Assembly (NCBI GenBank): GCA_047947115.1
Contig: CP170459.1
Span: 4,320,001-4,384,000, forward strand
Length of the DNA: 64,000 nt
Source of the DNA: Verrucomicrobiota bacterium
Lineage (GTDB): Bacteria > Verrucomicrobiota > Verrucomicrobiia > Limisphaerales > AAA164-E04
Direction of reading: 5' to 3'
Under the pieces are notes generated by a model that worked only from the letters and a program-made list of their open reading frames with translations, ran no database searches and was not told where the DNA came from. Numbering within the stretch: the first letter of the stretch is position 1; each line of letters opens with the position of its first letter. A program made the translations under genes and the position numbers. Below, in pieces: positions 49,000 through 60,748 of this stretch.

Positions 49000-50724
49000 T
49001 CAAGCATCGGTGACAGCGCCGAGGTGGGCGGAACTGACAAGCTTGGCGTATTTTGCCAGGACGCCGCGCGTGTAGCGTTCTTTGGGGGCTTTCCAGGCTT
49101 TGCGACGCTTGGTGATTTCAGCCTTGGTCAGTTTGACGTCCAGCTTTCGTTTTTCGGCGTCGATCACGATTTTGTCACCGCTTTTCAGAAGACCGATCAT
49201 GCCGCCTTCAGCTGCTTCAGGTGTCACATGGCCCACCACGAATCCATGACTACCGCCGGAGAAACGGCCATCGGTGATCAGGGCCACGTCTTTACCAAGT
49301 CCCTTGCCCATGATGGCTGAAGTGGGTGAAAGCATTTCACGCATACCAGGACCGCCCTTCGGTCCTTCGTAACGGATCACAACCACATCCCCCTTCTTGA
49401 CTTTACCGCTCAAGATGGCTTTCAAAGCCTTCTCTTCAGATTCGTAAACCTTGGCGGTTCCTTCAAACTTGAGTCCTTCCTTGCCGCTGATCTTGGCAAC
49501 GGCTCCGGTTTCGGCAAGATTACCGTAGAGCACCACCAGGTGACCATCCTTCTTGACAGGGTTGTCAAATCCTCGGATGACATCCTGACCTTTGGGATAA
49601 GGTTTTGCATCCGCAAGGTTTTCCGCAACAGTCTTGCCGGTCACAGTCAAGCAATCCCCGTGCAACAGCCCTGCATCGAGGAGCATCTTCATCAATGGTG
49701 TCAACCCTCCGATACGGACCAGTTCAGCCATCACGTATTTGCCACTCGGTTTCAAGTCTGCCAGAACCGGCACTTTCTTACCGATACGGGTGAAGTCATT
49801 GATGCTCAATTTGACACCGGCGGCATGAGCCATGGCAAGCAAGTGCAACACGGCGTTGGTGGACCCGCCCAGAGCGGTCACGATGGTGATCGCGTTTTCA
49901 AACGCTTTCTTGGTCATGATATCGCGAGGACGAATACCCAACTTGAGCAGATTCATCACCGCAGCACCGGCACGCACACAATCGGAGCGTTTCTCATCAG
50001 AAACAGCGGCCTGGGCAGAGCTGTTCGGCAAAGACATCCCGAGGGCCTCAATCGCCGATGCCATGGTATTGGCCGTGTACATCCCCCCACAAGAACCGGC
50101 ACCCGGGATGGCACAAGCCTCCAGTTTGGCCAATTCTCGATCGGTCATCTGATTGTTGGCATGTTTACCGACGGCTTCGAACACCGACACGATGTCGACA
50201 TCCTCCTTCTTGTAATTACCTGGCAGGATCGTTCCGCCATAAACAAACACACCCGGACGATTCAACCGAGCCAGACCAATCAAACAGCCCGGCATGTTTT
50301 TATCACAGCCACCAATGGTCACCACACCGTCAAAACCTTCACAACCAACCACTGTTTCGATGGAATCAGCAATCACTTCGCGGCTCACCAGGGAATACTT
50401 CATGCCTTCCGTTCCCATGGAAATACCGTCGGAAATCGTAATCGTATTAAAGAGGACCGCCTTGCCGCCCGTACTGTTTACGCCGGCACTGACGTGATCG
50501 GAGAGCTCATTGATGTGCATGTTGCAGGGCGTGACCATACCCCAGGTGGATGCCACACCTATCTGGGATTTCTTGAAATCCTTACGATCGAAACCGACCG
50601 CGTGCAACATCGCGCGGCTGGCAGCACGTTCGGGGCCGTCCACGATGATCGCGGAATGTTTGCGGTTCAAATCCTGCCGGGACTTTGAGGTCTTGGCTTT
50701 GCTCGAATTTGTCTTCTTTTTCAT
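49000..50724 (-). CDS. ilvD: dihydroxy-acid dehydratase
   Basis: [54 protein letters not shown]. Confidence 0.97.
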   Translation of the reverse strand: MKKKTNSSKAKTSKSRQDLNRKHSAIIVDGPERAASRAMLHAVGFDRKDFKKSQIGVASTWGMVTPCNMHINELSDHVSAGVNSTGGKAVLFNTITISDGISMGTEGMKYSLVSREVIADSIETVVGCEGFDGVVTIGGCDKNMPGCLIGLARLNRPGVFVYGGTILPGNYKKEDVDIVSVFEAVGKHANNQMTDRELAKLEACAIPGAGSCGGMYTANTMASAIEALGMSLPNSSAQAAVSDEKRSDCVRAGAAVMNLLKLGIRPRDIMTKKAFENAITIVTALGGSTNAVLHLLAMAHAAGVKLSINDFTRIGKKVPVLADLKPSGKYVMAELVRIGGLTPLMKMLLDAGLLHGDCLTVTGKTVAENLADAKPYPKGQDVIRGFDNPVKKDGHLVVLYGNLAETGAVAKISGKEGLKFEGTAKVYESEEKALKAILSGKVKKGDVVVIRYEGPKGGPGMREMLSPTSAIMGKGLGKDVALITDGRFSGGSHGFVVGHVTPEAAEGGMIGLLKSGDKIVIDAEKRKLDVKLTKAEITKRRKAWKAPKERYTRGVLAKYAKLVSSAHLGAVTDA

Positions 50725-50826
50725 ATACGGTTAATCTGCCCCGCAGCGTTCAGCAACGGGAAGATGAATTCTCCCAAAAAGCAAGTCGTTGCGAAAGATC
50801 AAAATGGATCAAAGATTGTTTTAACC

Positions 50827-50913
50827 GGAGGGACGAGTGCCACCTCGTCCCATACTTCCTCCCAAGATCTTCCCCGACCCAACAACGTGGAACGCGGGAA
50901 GCTTTGAGTATTC
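50827..50913 (+). repeat. REP-containing repeat (GGAG-type)
   Basis: GGAG start, palindrome GGGACGAG-tgccac-CTCGTCCC, tail shared with 48843-48929. Confidence 0.8.
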
Positions 50914-51139
50914 ATCCGTCCTTGGCGTTTCCAATGCAGCCTGATTGCCATTCGAATGGGCTGAGGTCTGAAGTGATTTCAAGGCGGCGCTTGGCCCTCC
51001 GAGCCTCAACAATATTCTTGAATCCATCCTTGATGCGTTCTCTGGTTCCGCTACATTGCCATTTCGGAAGCGTGCCCGTTGGCCGTCCCAAACCGGAACC
51101 CCCTTCCGAAACCTTAGCCAACTTGTTGATTGCGAACCT

Positions 51140-54013
51140 ATGCTGAAACATCCCGACTTATTTTCCGACCGTCACATTGGTCCCTCCGACCAGGAAATCG
51201 AAGCCATGTTGGCCGCCATCGGTCAAGCCGACCTGGAGACCATGACAACAGCCACCGTGCCAGAACCCATCCGGGTAAAGGAACCCATCCAGCTTCCTTC
51301 TCCCCTGCACGAGCACGAGGTCATCCACACCTTGAAAGAAGCTGCCGATCTCAACAAAGTGTTTCGATCCTACATCGGCATGGGCTATTACGGGTGCATT
51401 GTGCCTCCGGTCATCCAACGCAAACTGCTTGAGAACCCGGGTTGGTATACTCAATACACCCCTTATCAGGCCGAAATCGCCCAGGGCCGACTGGAATGTT
51501 TGTTTAATTTTCAAACGATGATCTGTGACCTCACCGGCATGGACATCGCGAATGCATCCTTGCTGGACGAAGGTACAGCTGCTGCGGAAGCCATGACCTT
51601 GGCATACAACACCAAGGGATCCGCAGAGCGAAACCTCATCCTGGTATCGGACGCATGTCATCCCCAGACGATCTCAGTCCTTCGCACGCGATCCAAGCCC
51701 TTGAACATCGAAGTGAGGGTGGAAGCATCGGCCAGTCTCACGCCCACAGACAAAACCTTTGCTGTTCTGCTGCAATATCCGGCAACGGACGGTCAGGTCA
51801 TCAGTCCCGAAGCACAGATCCAATCCATTCATGAAGCCGGCGCCCTGGCCATCGTCGCCACCGATCTGTTGGCAATGACCCTGCTGAAACCGCCTGGCGA
51901 AATGAACGCCGATATCGTGGTGGGATCGGCTCAGCGATTTGGAGTTCCCATGGGGTATGGAGGACCACACGCGGCCTTTTTTGCGACCCGCGACGCCCAC
52001 AAACGCAAGATGCCGGGACGCATCGTGGGGGTTTCCAGGGATTCAAGGGGGCGTCCGGCGTATCGACTTGCTCTCCAGACAAGGGAACAGCACATTCGAC
52101 GCGAAAAAGCCACCAGCAACATCTGCACCGCTCAAGCCTTGCTGGCCAACATGGCGGCGATGTATGCCATTTACCATGGACCCAAGCGATTGAAACAAAT
52201 CGCTCTCTATGTGCATCAAATGACCCAAAAGCTGGCCGCCGGCATTGCTCAGCAGGGACACACCATCGAACACACGCACTATTTCGACACCCTGCGTGTC
52301 CGCCTCTTGTCTGAAAATGCCGATTCGCTCCTGACTCGCGCCCAGCAGAGAGGGATCAACATCCGTCGTCTGGACCGTCAGACGGTTGGGATATCGCTGG
52401 ATGAAACGGTCACGACAAGAGACATCCAGGACCTGTGTGAATTGTTCGGAAGCGGTGTTGATACTGAAGAGGCCAAACAGGATCCAGGCGCAAATCCCGG
52501 AACAAGTGCAATTCAAGCAGATTTGCAACGCACTTCGGATTTTCTGACGCATGAAGTGTTCCATAAATATCATTCCGAGACGGAAATGCTCAGATATCTC
52601 CGTCGTCTCGAATCGAGGGACCTCTCGCTCACCACGTCCATGATCCCTCTCGGATCCTGCACGATGAAACTGAACGCCACCATCGAAATGCTGGCGATCA
52701 GCTGGCCCGAGATTGCCGGGTTGCACCCGTTTGTGCCACTGGATCAGGCTCAAGGTTATCAGCAGATTTTCAGCGATCTGGAACAATGGCTGGCCGATAT
52801 CACCGGATTCCACAGTGTCAGCCTGCAACCCAATGCCGGTGCACAAGGGGAATACGCCGGTTTGTTGGTGATTCGCAAATACCTCGAAAACAAAGGCGAA
52901 CAAAAGCGCAACATCTGCATCATCCCCCAATCCGCCCACGGAACCAATCCAGCCAGCGCCGTCATGGCGGGTATGGAGGTCGTTGGAGTGAAATGTGACG
53001 AACAGGGCAACATCGATGTGGCTGACTTGAAATCCAAGGTCGAACAACATTCCGAAAAACTGGCCGCGTTGATGATCACCTACCCCTCGACCCACGGCGT
53101 TTTCGAAGAAGGCGTCGAGGCGATCTGCCAATTGATCCACGATCACGGCGGTCAGGTTTATCTGGACGGAGCCAACATGAACGCGCAGGTCGGAATCTGT
53201 CGTCCTGGTGATTACGGAGCCGATGTTTGCCATCTCAATTTGCACAAAACTTTCTGCATTCCCCACGGAGGTGGCGGACCGGGTGTGGGCCCCATTGCCG
53301 TGGCTTCCCACCTGACGCCCTTTCTCCCCGGACATTCCGTCGTGCCGTTGGCCGGAGAAGACCGCATTGGACCGATTGCTGCAGCGCCATGGGGCAGCGC
53401 CAGCATCGTCACCATTTCCTGGGTTTACATCCGGGCCATGGGATCGGCCGGACTGAAAAAAGCCACTCAGGTCGCGATCCTGAACGCGAATTACATCGCC
53501 AGGCGATTGGATGCCTATTTCCCGGTGCTTTACAAGGGCAAGAATGGCATGGTAGCGCATGAGTGCATCATCGATCTGAGGCAATTTAAGAAGGTCACGG
53601 TGGAAGATGTTGCCAAGCGTTTGATGGATTATGGATTCCATGCCCCAACAGTCTCCTGGCCTGTGGCGGGAACGATGATGATCGAACCGACCGAAAGCGA
53701 ATCCCAGGCCGAACTGGATCGTTTCTGCGATGCCATGATCCGCATTCATGCTGAAATCCAGGCCATTGAAGAAGGGAAAGTCGACGCGAAAAACAATCTG
53801 CTCAAAAACGCGCCCCACACGGCCGACACCGTTGCATCGGACACCTGGGACCGGCCTTATTCACGCGTGGAAGCCGGATTCCCCATGGAGTCACAGCGCG
53901 AACATAAATTCTGGCCGCGCGTAGGACGCATTGACAACGTGTTTGGAGATCGCAACCCGGTCTGTTCCTGCGCCGGCATGGAAGAATTCATGGACCAACT
54001 TAAGTCTGAATGA
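51140..54013 (+). CDS. gcvP: glycine dehydrogenase (decarboxylating), P protein
   Basis: [59 protein letters not shown]. Confidence 0.97.
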   Translation: MLKHPDLFSDRHIGPSDQEIEAMLAAIGQADLETMTTATVPEPIRVKEPIQLPSPLHEHEVIHTLKEAADLNKVFRSYIGMGYYGCIVPPVIQRKLLENPGWYTQYTPYQAEIAQGRLECLFNFQTMICDLTGMDIANASLLDEGTAAAEAMTLAYNTKGSAERNLILVSDACHPQTISVLRTRSKPLNIEVRVEASASLTPTDKTFAVLLQYPATDGQVISPEAQIQSIHEAGALAIVATDLLAMTLLKPPGEMNADIVVGSAQRFGVPMGYGGPHAAFFATRDAHKRKMPGRIVGVSRDSRGRPAYRLALQTREQHIRREKATSNICTAQALLANMAAMYAIYHGPKRLKQIALYVHQMTQKLAAGIAQQGHTIEHTHYFDTLRVRLLSENADSLLTRAQQRGINIRRLDRQTVGISLDETVTTRDIQDLCELFGSGVDTEEAKQDPGANPGTSAIQADLQRTSDFLTHEVFHKYHSETEMLRYLRRLESRDLSLTTSMIPLGSCTMKLNATIEMLAISWPEIAGLHPFVPLDQAQGYQQIFSDLEQWLADITGFHSVSLQPNAGAQGEYAGLLVIRKYLENKGEQKRNICIIPQSAHGTNPASAVMAGMEVVGVKCDEQGNIDVADLKSKVEQHSEKLAALMITYPSTHGVFEEGVEAICQLIHDHGGQVYLDGANMNAQVGICRPGDYGADVCHLNLHKTFCIPHGGGGPGVGPIAVASHLTPFLPGHSVVPLAGEDRIGPIAAAPWGSASIVTISWVYIRAMGSAGLKKATQVAILNANYIARRLDAYFPVLYKGKNGMVAHECIIDLRQFKKVTVEDVAKRLMDYGFHAPTVSWPVAGTMMIEPTESESQAELDRFCDAMIRIHAEIQAIEEGKVDAKNNLLKNAPHTADTVASDTWDRPYSRVEAGFPMESQREHKFWPRVGRIDNVFGDRNPVCSCAGMEEFMDQLKSE

Positions 54014-54058
54014 TTCTAGACAGAGGACTGTTTTTCACTAGGATCATGGGATCAACCC

Positions 54059-56902
54059 ATGATCCTAGGAAAAGGACAATTCGATTTTAAAATCAAAGGG
54101 GCCCGACTGGTTTCCAAACCATTGATTTTATCGGGCGCCCTTCTGGCTCTGCTCTACACAGGCAGGGCCGATGAGTCTTCTCTGAGCTTCAACAAGGATA
54201 TCCGCCCCATTCTGGCGGAACACTGCCTCCACTGCCACGGCCCCGATGGAAACAAGCGCAAGGGCGACCTGCGACTGGACCTTGAAGCCGAAGCAAAAAA
54301 GGAAGCCATACGTGAAGGAGACCCAAATCACAGCCCTTTTTACCTTCGCCTGATCACCGAAGATCTCGACGAGCGCATGCCTCCACCAGATGATGGAGAT
54401 GAGCTGTCCGCATCGAAACAAAGCACCTTAAAGCGTTGGATTGAACAAGGAGCCCCCTACGAGGGGCACTGGGCATTCATGCCCATTCAAAAGCCCGAAG
54501 CACCCGTATTGGACGATTCCAGTTTGACCGACATCGATCGTTTCATCGTATCCAAGCTGCAGAGAGCAGGATTGCAACTGTCCCCTTCCGTCGATCGACA
54601 ACAATGGATCCGACGTGTCACCTTCGACCTCACCGGACTTCCGCCCACTTGGTTGGAAGTGGAAAACTTCCTCAACGACTACTCCCTGGACGCCTACGAA
54701 AAAGTGGTGGAACGACTGCTGGACTCGCCAAGATACGGCGAACGCTGGGGACGGCATTGGTTGGATATAGCGCGATACGCCGACACACATGGAGGCAGTG
54801 CCATCGGTTTCACCAAATTCCCGTTTTCCTACACCTACCGCGATTATGTCATCCAGGCATTCAACGCAGACCTTCCTTACAATCGATTTATCACCGAACA
54901 ACTCGCGGCGGATCAACTGGGACTCACAGAGACCGATCCGGCACTCGCCGCCTTGGGGTTTCTCACCATCGGTCAACGGTTCAGAACCCAGCATGACATC
55001 ATCGATGATCAGATTGATGTGGTGACCCGGGGGCTGATGGGACTCACGGCCACCTGCTCCAGATGTCATGATCACAAATTCGACAACATTCCCACCACGG
55101 ACTACTACGCACTCTATGCCACCTTTGCGAGCAGCCACGAACCGGAATTGTTGCCACTGATCGGAGAGCCACAACCGTCCGAAGCCTATACGGATTACCA
55201 AAACAGACTCCACGACCTCCAGCAAACCCACGACGACCTCGCCCGAGAACAAAGCGACGTCATGCGGGGAAGACTTCGCATGCAAGTCGGGGCATTCCTG
55301 AAGGAACTGGCCAAAGGAACACCGGAACAGGATTTGTCGGTGTCTTTCCTTTCTTTTCGAACTGATGACATCCGGCCACACGTTTTGGAACGGTGGCGAA
55401 AATACCTCGCATCGATGGAATCCACGGATCCGGTGTTTGGACCATGGAAGCAATTGGCACAGGTGGAATCCGTGGAATTCTCCGAACAGCTCGCTTCCAA
55501 ACTCAAAATATGGGAGGAAGAGAACGGGGACCTCACCAAAGCCACCCCTCAACAAAACCTCGGAGCAACCGCGCCGAAATGGAATCCAAAGATCCTCGAA
55601 GCGATCAAAGAAAATGTGCCCGATTCGTTGGAATCACTCGCCGATGTCTATGGCAAGGTGTTTGCGAACACCCACCGGGAATGGTTGCAGGCCCGTGTTC
55701 AAGCAGCGGAAGAAGCCCTGCCCGGAGCGGATATCATCCCGGATCAGGATGCCCGTCACTTGACGATCAACAGCGCCATCCTGCGTCAACTCCGACGTCA
55801 CCTCTACGCACCCGACACCCCCACGGCGCTTCCCGACAACGAGGCATCCCAACTGCTGAACCGCACGGTCAGCGACAACCTTGGCGGCCGACGCGGCGCA
55901 ATCCACAACCTTCACCTCACCGCGGCAGGCTCCCCTCCCCGATCCATGGCCTTGACGGAGCCCAAACCTGAAGAGGATGAAACGTATCACGTCTTCCGTC
56001 GGGGAAATCCGTTGGACAAAGGAGATCGCGTACAGCCCCGATTTCTGACCGCCTTGAGTGATGGCAAACCGAAGACCTTCTCCCCCAGCACAAGACGCCT
56101 GAATCTGGCCGAATCGCTCGTTCATCCCGACAACCCGCTCACACGGCGCGTGGTGGTCAACTGGGTATGGAGAAATCATTTTGGCAAAGGATTGGTCCGG
56201 ACACCCGACGACTTCGGCACGCGCGGCGATCCACCCACTCATCCGGAACTACTGGATTACCTCGCGGAAACATTCAGAGAGGAAGGATGGTCCATCAAAC
56301 AACTGCACCGACGCATTGTTTTGAGCAAAACCTATCGCCAGGGTTCCATTGAAAATGAAACATCACGCAACAAAGATCCCCATAACCATCTCCTTTGGCG
56401 CATGCCGCGCCAGCGTTTGAGTCTGGAATCCATGCGCGACGCGATGCTGCAGGCATCCGGAGAACTTGATTTCACCATGGGCGGGCGTCCCTTCGACATG
56501 ATGACCGCCAGGATCACCCCGCGACGCAGCGTCTATGGCTTCGTCAATCGCGACGTGCCATCGCCATTGCTGACCACCTTTGACGGAGCCAACCCCAGCG
56601 CCTGCACTGCCAAAAGACCCGAAACAACCGTCCCACAACAAACGCTCTTCGCGCTGAACTCGGCATTCATGTTGGATCGTGCCGAGGCATTGGTTCAAAG
56701 GCACGAAGTGCAAACGGCAGAAACCAATGAGGACAAGATTCGCGTGTTGTATCAGCGAACCCTTTCACGGTGGCCGGATCCTGAAGAGATGCGGGCGGCA
56801 TTGGATCACATCGAGCAATGGAAAGAAATATCGGAAACCGATCCCTGGCCGCGTTTGGCGCAGGCATTGCTGGCATCAAACGAGTTCAACTTTGTGGATT
56901 AA
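54059..56902 (+). CDS. planctomycete cytochrome c + DUF1549/DUF1553 protein
   Basis: [54 protein letters not shown]. Confidence 0.9.
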   Translation: MILGKGQFDFKIKGARLVSKPLILSGALLALLYTGRADESSLSFNKDIRPILAEHCLHCHGPDGNKRKGDLRLDLEAEAKKEAIREGDPNHSPFYLRLITEDLDERMPPPDDGDELSASKQSTLKRWIEQGAPYEGHWAFMPIQKPEAPVLDDSSLTDIDRFIVSKLQRAGLQLSPSVDRQQWIRRVTFDLTGLPPTWLEVENFLNDYSLDAYEKVVERLLDSPRYGERWGRHWLDIARYADTHGGSAIGFTKFPFSYTYRDYVIQAFNADLPYNRFITEQLAADQLGLTETDPALAALGFLTIGQRFRTQHDIIDDQIDVVTRGLMGLTATCSRCHDHKFDNIPTTDYYALYATFASSHEPELLPLIGEPQPSEAYTDYQNRLHDLQQTHDDLAREQSDVMRGRLRMQVGAFLKELAKGTPEQDLSVSFLSFRTDDIRPHVLERWRKYLASMESTDPVFGPWKQLAQVESVEFSEQLASKLKIWEEENGDLTKATPQQNLGATAPKWNPKILEAIKENVPDSLESLADVYGKVFANTHREWLQARVQAAEEALPGADIIPDQDARHLTINSAILRQLRRHLYAPDTPTALPDNEASQLLNRTVSDNLGGRRGAIHNLHLTAAGSPPRSMALTEPKPEEDETYHVFRRGNPLDKGDRVQPRFLTALSDGKPKTFSPSTRRLNLAESLVHPDNPLTRRVVVNWVWRNHFGKGLVRTPDDFGTRGDPPTHPELLDYLAETFREEGWSIKQLHRRIVLSKTYRQGSIENETSRNKDPHNHLLWRMPRQRLSLESMRDAMLQASGELDFTMGGRPFDMMTARITPRRSVYGFVNRDVPSPLLTTFDGANPSACTAKRPETTVPQQTLFALNSAFMLDRAEALVQRHEVQTAETNEDKIRVLYQRTLSRWPDPEEMRAALDHIEQWKEISETDPWPRLAQALLASNEFNFVD

Positions 56903-56908
56903 GAAATC

Positions 56909-58303
56909 ATGCACTCCACGCTACCATTTAACAGACGGGCGTTCCTGAAACGATCAGGAATGGGATTCGGCGCGCTTGCCCTGAACGGCATGCTCACCCG
57001 GGAAGCACAGGCCGCGACGAGAGGAACCACACACTTTCCCGGCAAGGCCAAGCACGTCATCCATGTTTTTCTGAACGGCGGGATGTCCCAGGTAGACACC
57101 TTTGATCCCAAACCGGAACTCACCAAACGCGGCGGACAAATGCTACCGTTCGACAACCTCCAGACCGAACGCCGCACAGGTGTGGCGCTCCCCTCGCCGT
57201 TCGAATTCAGGCAACATGGTCAGAGCGGCATTCCGGTCAGCGATCTGTTTCCGCACCTGTCCCAATGTGTCGATGACATGGCGGTGATCCGGTCCATGTA
57301 TGCCGAACTTCCCAGCCATGAACTTTCATTGATGCTCATGAACACCGGCACCCAACGCCTCGTGTGGCCTAGCTTTGGTTCCTGGTTGACCTGGGGCATG
57401 GGAACGGACAACGAAAACCTGCCGGGCTTCGTTGCACTCTGTCCTGGCGGCATGCCCGTGGGAGGCGCCGGCAATTGGCGCAGCGCCTTTCTACCGGGCG
57501 TCTATCAGGGCACCCACGTGGACAGTTCCAAAACCGATCCCAAGGAATTGATTGCAGACGTTCACAATGCTCGATTGAACCGCCTGGAACAAAAGAAGCA
57601 ATTCGAACTGCTCCAGACCATCAACCGACGCCATTTGAATCAACGTCCCGATGAAAGCGCGTTGGAAGCACGCATCGCATCTTTCGAACTCGCCTACCGC
57701 ATGCAGTTCGAAGCGACCGATGCCTTTGACGTCAGCAAAGAACCCGAACACATCCTGAAACTCTACGGAGAAGGACCGCAAAACCGCCAGCTCCTGATCG
57801 CGCGACGACTGGTGGAACGCGGAGTGCGGTTTGTTCAGACCTGGCACGGCAACATGCAACCCTGGGATAGTCATTCCAACATCAAGGAAACCCATCGCCA
57901 GGTCGCCAACGAATGCGATCAGGGCCTCGCCGCACTGATCATGGATTTGAAACAAAGAGGACTTCTCGATGAAACCCTCATTCTCTGCACCGGGGAATTC
58001 GGACGCACCCCATCTGTGGAAATGGACCAGGGAGGAGGCGGAGCGGCCCTGGGAAGGGATCACAATCACTGGGGATTTTCACTCTGGCTGGCCGGGGGCG
58101 GCATCAAAGGAGGCACGACCTATGGAGCCACGGATGAATTTGGTTTCAAAGCAGTGGAGAACCCGGTCTCCATCCACGACCTGCACGCCACCATGCTCCA
58201 TCTCCTGGGATTCGACCACGAACACCTCACTTACCGCTACGCCGGCCGCGACTTTCGGCTGACGGATGTCTTTGGACAGGTTATCTCGGATGTGATTGCA
58301 TAA
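56909..58303 (+). CDS. DUF1501 protein (Tat signal)
   Basis: NRRAFL, SQVDTFDPKP, ARRLVERGVRFVQ, EFGRTP, GRDHN, RDFRLTDV. Confidence 0.9.
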   Translation: MHSTLPFNRRAFLKRSGMGFGALALNGMLTREAQAATRGTTHFPGKAKHVIHVFLNGGMSQVDTFDPKPELTKRGGQMLPFDNLQTERRTGVALPSPFEFRQHGQSGIPVSDLFPHLSQCVDDMAVIRSMYAELPSHELSLMLMNTGTQRLVWPSFGSWLTWGMGTDNENLPGFVALCPGGMPVGGAGNWRSAFLPGVYQGTHVDSSKTDPKELIADVHNARLNRLEQKKQFELLQTINRRHLNQRPDESALEARIASFELAYRMQFEATDAFDVSKEPEHILKLYGEGPQNRQLLIARRLVERGVRFVQTWHGNMQPWDSHSNIKETHRQVANECDQGLAALIMDLKQRGLLDETLILCTGEFGRTPSVEMDQGGGGAALGRDHNHWGFSLWLAGGGIKGGTTYGATDEFGFKAVENPVSIHDLHATMLHLLGFDHEHLTYRYAGRDFRLTDVFGQVISDVIA

Positions 58304-58333
58304 GAAACTCCGATTCGGTTTACCAGCAGATGA

Positions 58334-58519
58334 CGGGCGCATCGGGACGATACGTTCTACCTGAACGCCGTCCGCAGGTGGGAAGTGCCGTCCCCGGCGC
58401 GTCTCCTTGGGGCGTTCTTAACCAAAGCTGGTCTCCGTTTTGGGAAGCCCAAGGTAATCGCCCCCCCCACATCCGCATAGCTGTCGCTAGCGGGCGCATC
58501 GGGACGATACGGTCTACCT
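58334..58519. repeat. cluster of three GTAG-type REP elements
   Basis: CGGGCGCATCGGGACGATACG(T/G)TCTACCT at 58334 and 58491, plus opposite-orientation GGTGGGAAGTGCCGTCCCCGGCGCG near 58377. Confidence 0.7.
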
Positions 58520-58575
58520 TTTGGAAACCACTGCGGTTCTGTCACCGATTCATCGGAACATGCACGAATAACAAT

Positions 58576-58610
58576 AAAGCCCCGAATCGACATGATCCGG
58601 GGCTCTTTTC
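58576..58610. terminator. intrinsic terminator after acs
   Basis: aaagccccgaatc-gacat-gatccggggctctttt. Confidence 0.7.
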
Positions 58611-58617
58611 AAAGGGC

Positions 58618-60642
58618 TTATTCCTCGTCTTTGCTGAGTTGGGCAATGACACTGATGTCTTCCAGGGTGCTGGTATCGCCCTGGACTTCTGATTGTCCGG
58701 ATGCGATTTGTTTCAGCAGGCGGCGCATGATTTTGCCGGAACGCGTCTTGGGAAGAGCATCGGCGAAACGAATGTTATCGGGTTTGGCCACAGGACCGAT
58801 TTCTTTGCCCACATGGTTACGCAATTCATTGCGAAGGTCCTTGTTAACTTTAGCTCCCCCCTTCAAGGTCACAAATGCAACCAAAGCCTGCCCCTTGATT
58901 TCATCGGGACGTCCCACGACAGCTGCTTCCGCCACTTTGGGATGACTGACCAGCGCACTCTCGACTTCGGCTGTTCCGATACGATGACCGGATACATTCA
59001 AAACATCGTCAATGCGACCAACGATCCAGAAGTAGCCATCCTTGTCCTGACGGCATCCGTCCCCGGTGAAGTAACTACCTTTGACTTCGCTCCAATACGT
59101 TTCAACAAAGCGTTTCTGGTCACCCCAGATACCACGCAACATGCTGGGCCAGGGTTGGCGGACCACCAATTTGCCGCCTGTGTTCTTAGGCACGGCATTT
59201 CCGTTATCATCGACCACTTCGGGTTTGATACCGAAAAACGGCAAAGTCGCCGTTCCGGGTTTGGTCGGGGTGGCACCGGGCAAGGGAGTAATCATGATGC
59301 CACCTGTCTCCGTTTGCCACCAGGTATCGACGATGGGACAACGTTCACCCCCAATGACACGGTGATACCACATCCAGGCTTCCGGATTGATGGGTTCGCC
59401 CACCGTTCCCAACAAACGCAGGGAACTCAAATCATGCTTGGCGGGCCATTCCTCTCCCCATTTCATGAACGCGCGAATGGCAGTTGGGGCGGTATAAAGG
59501 ATCGAAACTTTATGTTTTTCAATAATATCCCAGAAGCGATCCGGAGCCGGATGATTGGGAGCGCCTTCATACATCATCAAAGTGGCACCATTGGCCAATG
59601 GACCGTAAACGATATAACTGTGCCCGGTGATCCAGCCAATATCGGCGGTGCACCAGTAAACATCCTTGTCCTTGAGATCGAAGACGTATTTGGAAGTCAG
59701 TTTCGCACCTAAAAGATATCCGGCGGTGGTGTGAAGGATGCCTTTGGGCTTTCCTGTGGAACCACTGGTATAAAGGATGAACAAGGGGTGTTCACTATCC
59801 AGCTTTGCAGGGGCGCAATCCGTGGAAGCGGTGGCTTGTTCTTCGTGCCACCAGAAATCACGTCCTTTTTTCATGGTCACCTTGTTTTCACAACGTCGAA
59901 GAACGATGACCGATTCGATGGATTTGGTGATGAAGCGCCCATTCACCTTGATCTTGAGGGCATTGTCGACGTTTTCCTTCAAAGGCACCACGCCACCACG
60001 ACGGTAACCGCCATCTGCGGTAATGACCATTTTGGCTTGGGAATCCTGGATGCGATCAGCAACCGACTGAGCGCTGAACCCGCCGAAAACGACCGAGTGA
60101 ATCGCCCCGATGCGTGTGCAGGCAAGCATGGCAACAGCTGCTTCCGGCACCATGGGCATATAAATCAGAATGACATCACCCTTTTTGATGCCACGATTCT
60201 TGAGGACATTGGCAAACTGACACACCTCCCGGTGCAACTGACGGTAAGTCAGCGTGCGTTCCTCACCTGGTTTACCAGGTTCGGCTGGCTCCCCTTCCCA
60301 GATGATGGCCGCCTGATTGGCCTTTTCAGAATCCAGGAATCGATCCACACAGTTCACGCTGACATTGGTCTGCCCGCCGACGAACCATTTTGCATTGGGG
60401 GCTTTCCATTGCAGCACCTTTTTCCATGGCTTGAACCACACCAATTCCTTCTCGGCCTGCTCGCTCCAGAAAGCTTCGGGTTGCTCGATGGAACGCTTGT
60501 ACATTTTCCTGTATTGCGCCATCGATCCGATGTGGGCCTGCTGGGAAAACTCCTTGGAAGGTTTAAAGACACGATCCTCGCGCAACATCGATTCGATGTT
60601 CGTCGCGCCGGCACGTTTACTGGTAGCTTTTTTCTTACTCAT
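58618..60642 (-). CDS. acs: acetyl-CoA synthetase
   Basis: [43 protein letters not shown]. Confidence 0.97.
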   Translation of the reverse strand: MSKKKATSKRAGATNIESMLREDRVFKPSKEFSQQAHIGSMAQYRKMYKRSIEQPEAFWSEQAEKELVWFKPWKKVLQWKAPNAKWFVGGQTNVSVNCVDRFLDSEKANQAAIIWEGEPAEPGKPGEERTLTYRQLHREVCQFANVLKNRGIKKGDVILIYMPMVPEAAVAMLACTRIGAIHSVVFGGFSAQSVADRIQDSQAKMVITADGGYRRGGVVPLKENVDNALKIKVNGRFITKSIESVIVLRRCENKVTMKKGRDFWWHEEQATASTDCAPAKLDSEHPLFILYTSGSTGKPKGILHTTAGYLLGAKLTSKYVFDLKDKDVYWCTADIGWITGHSYIVYGPLANGATLMMYEGAPNHPAPDRFWDIIEKHKVSILYTAPTAIRAFMKWGEEWPAKHDLSSLRLLGTVGEPINPEAWMWYHRVIGGERCPIVDTWWQTETGGIMITPLPGATPTKPGTATLPFFGIKPEVVDDNGNAVPKNTGGKLVVRQPWPSMLRGIWGDQKRFVETYWSEVKGSYFTGDGCRQDKDGYFWIVGRIDDVLNVSGHRIGTAEVESALVSHPKVAEAAVVGRPDEIKGQALVAFVTLKGGAKVNKDLRNELRNHVGKEIGPVAKPDNIRFADALPKTRSGKIMRRLLKQIASGQSEVQGDTSTLEDISVIAQLSKDEE

Positions 60643-60748
60643 GATGTTCAGATGGAAATCGTCCGCCCATCATAAAACCTGCGCCACAACCGTCAATCCT
60701 GAAGCCATCGAAGTTGCGATGAAGCACGGAACCGGAGCGCGATAGGCC

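Noticed and set aside
50914..51139. Glycine riboswitch upstream of gcvP
   Set aside because: Conserved aptamer motifs not recognisable by eye; an Rfam scan would be needed
52043..53818. Long antisense ORFs (591 aa here; also 49540-50688, 54428-55555, 58693-59712)
   Set aside because: Shadows of conserved genes on the opposite strand, with no recognisable motifs
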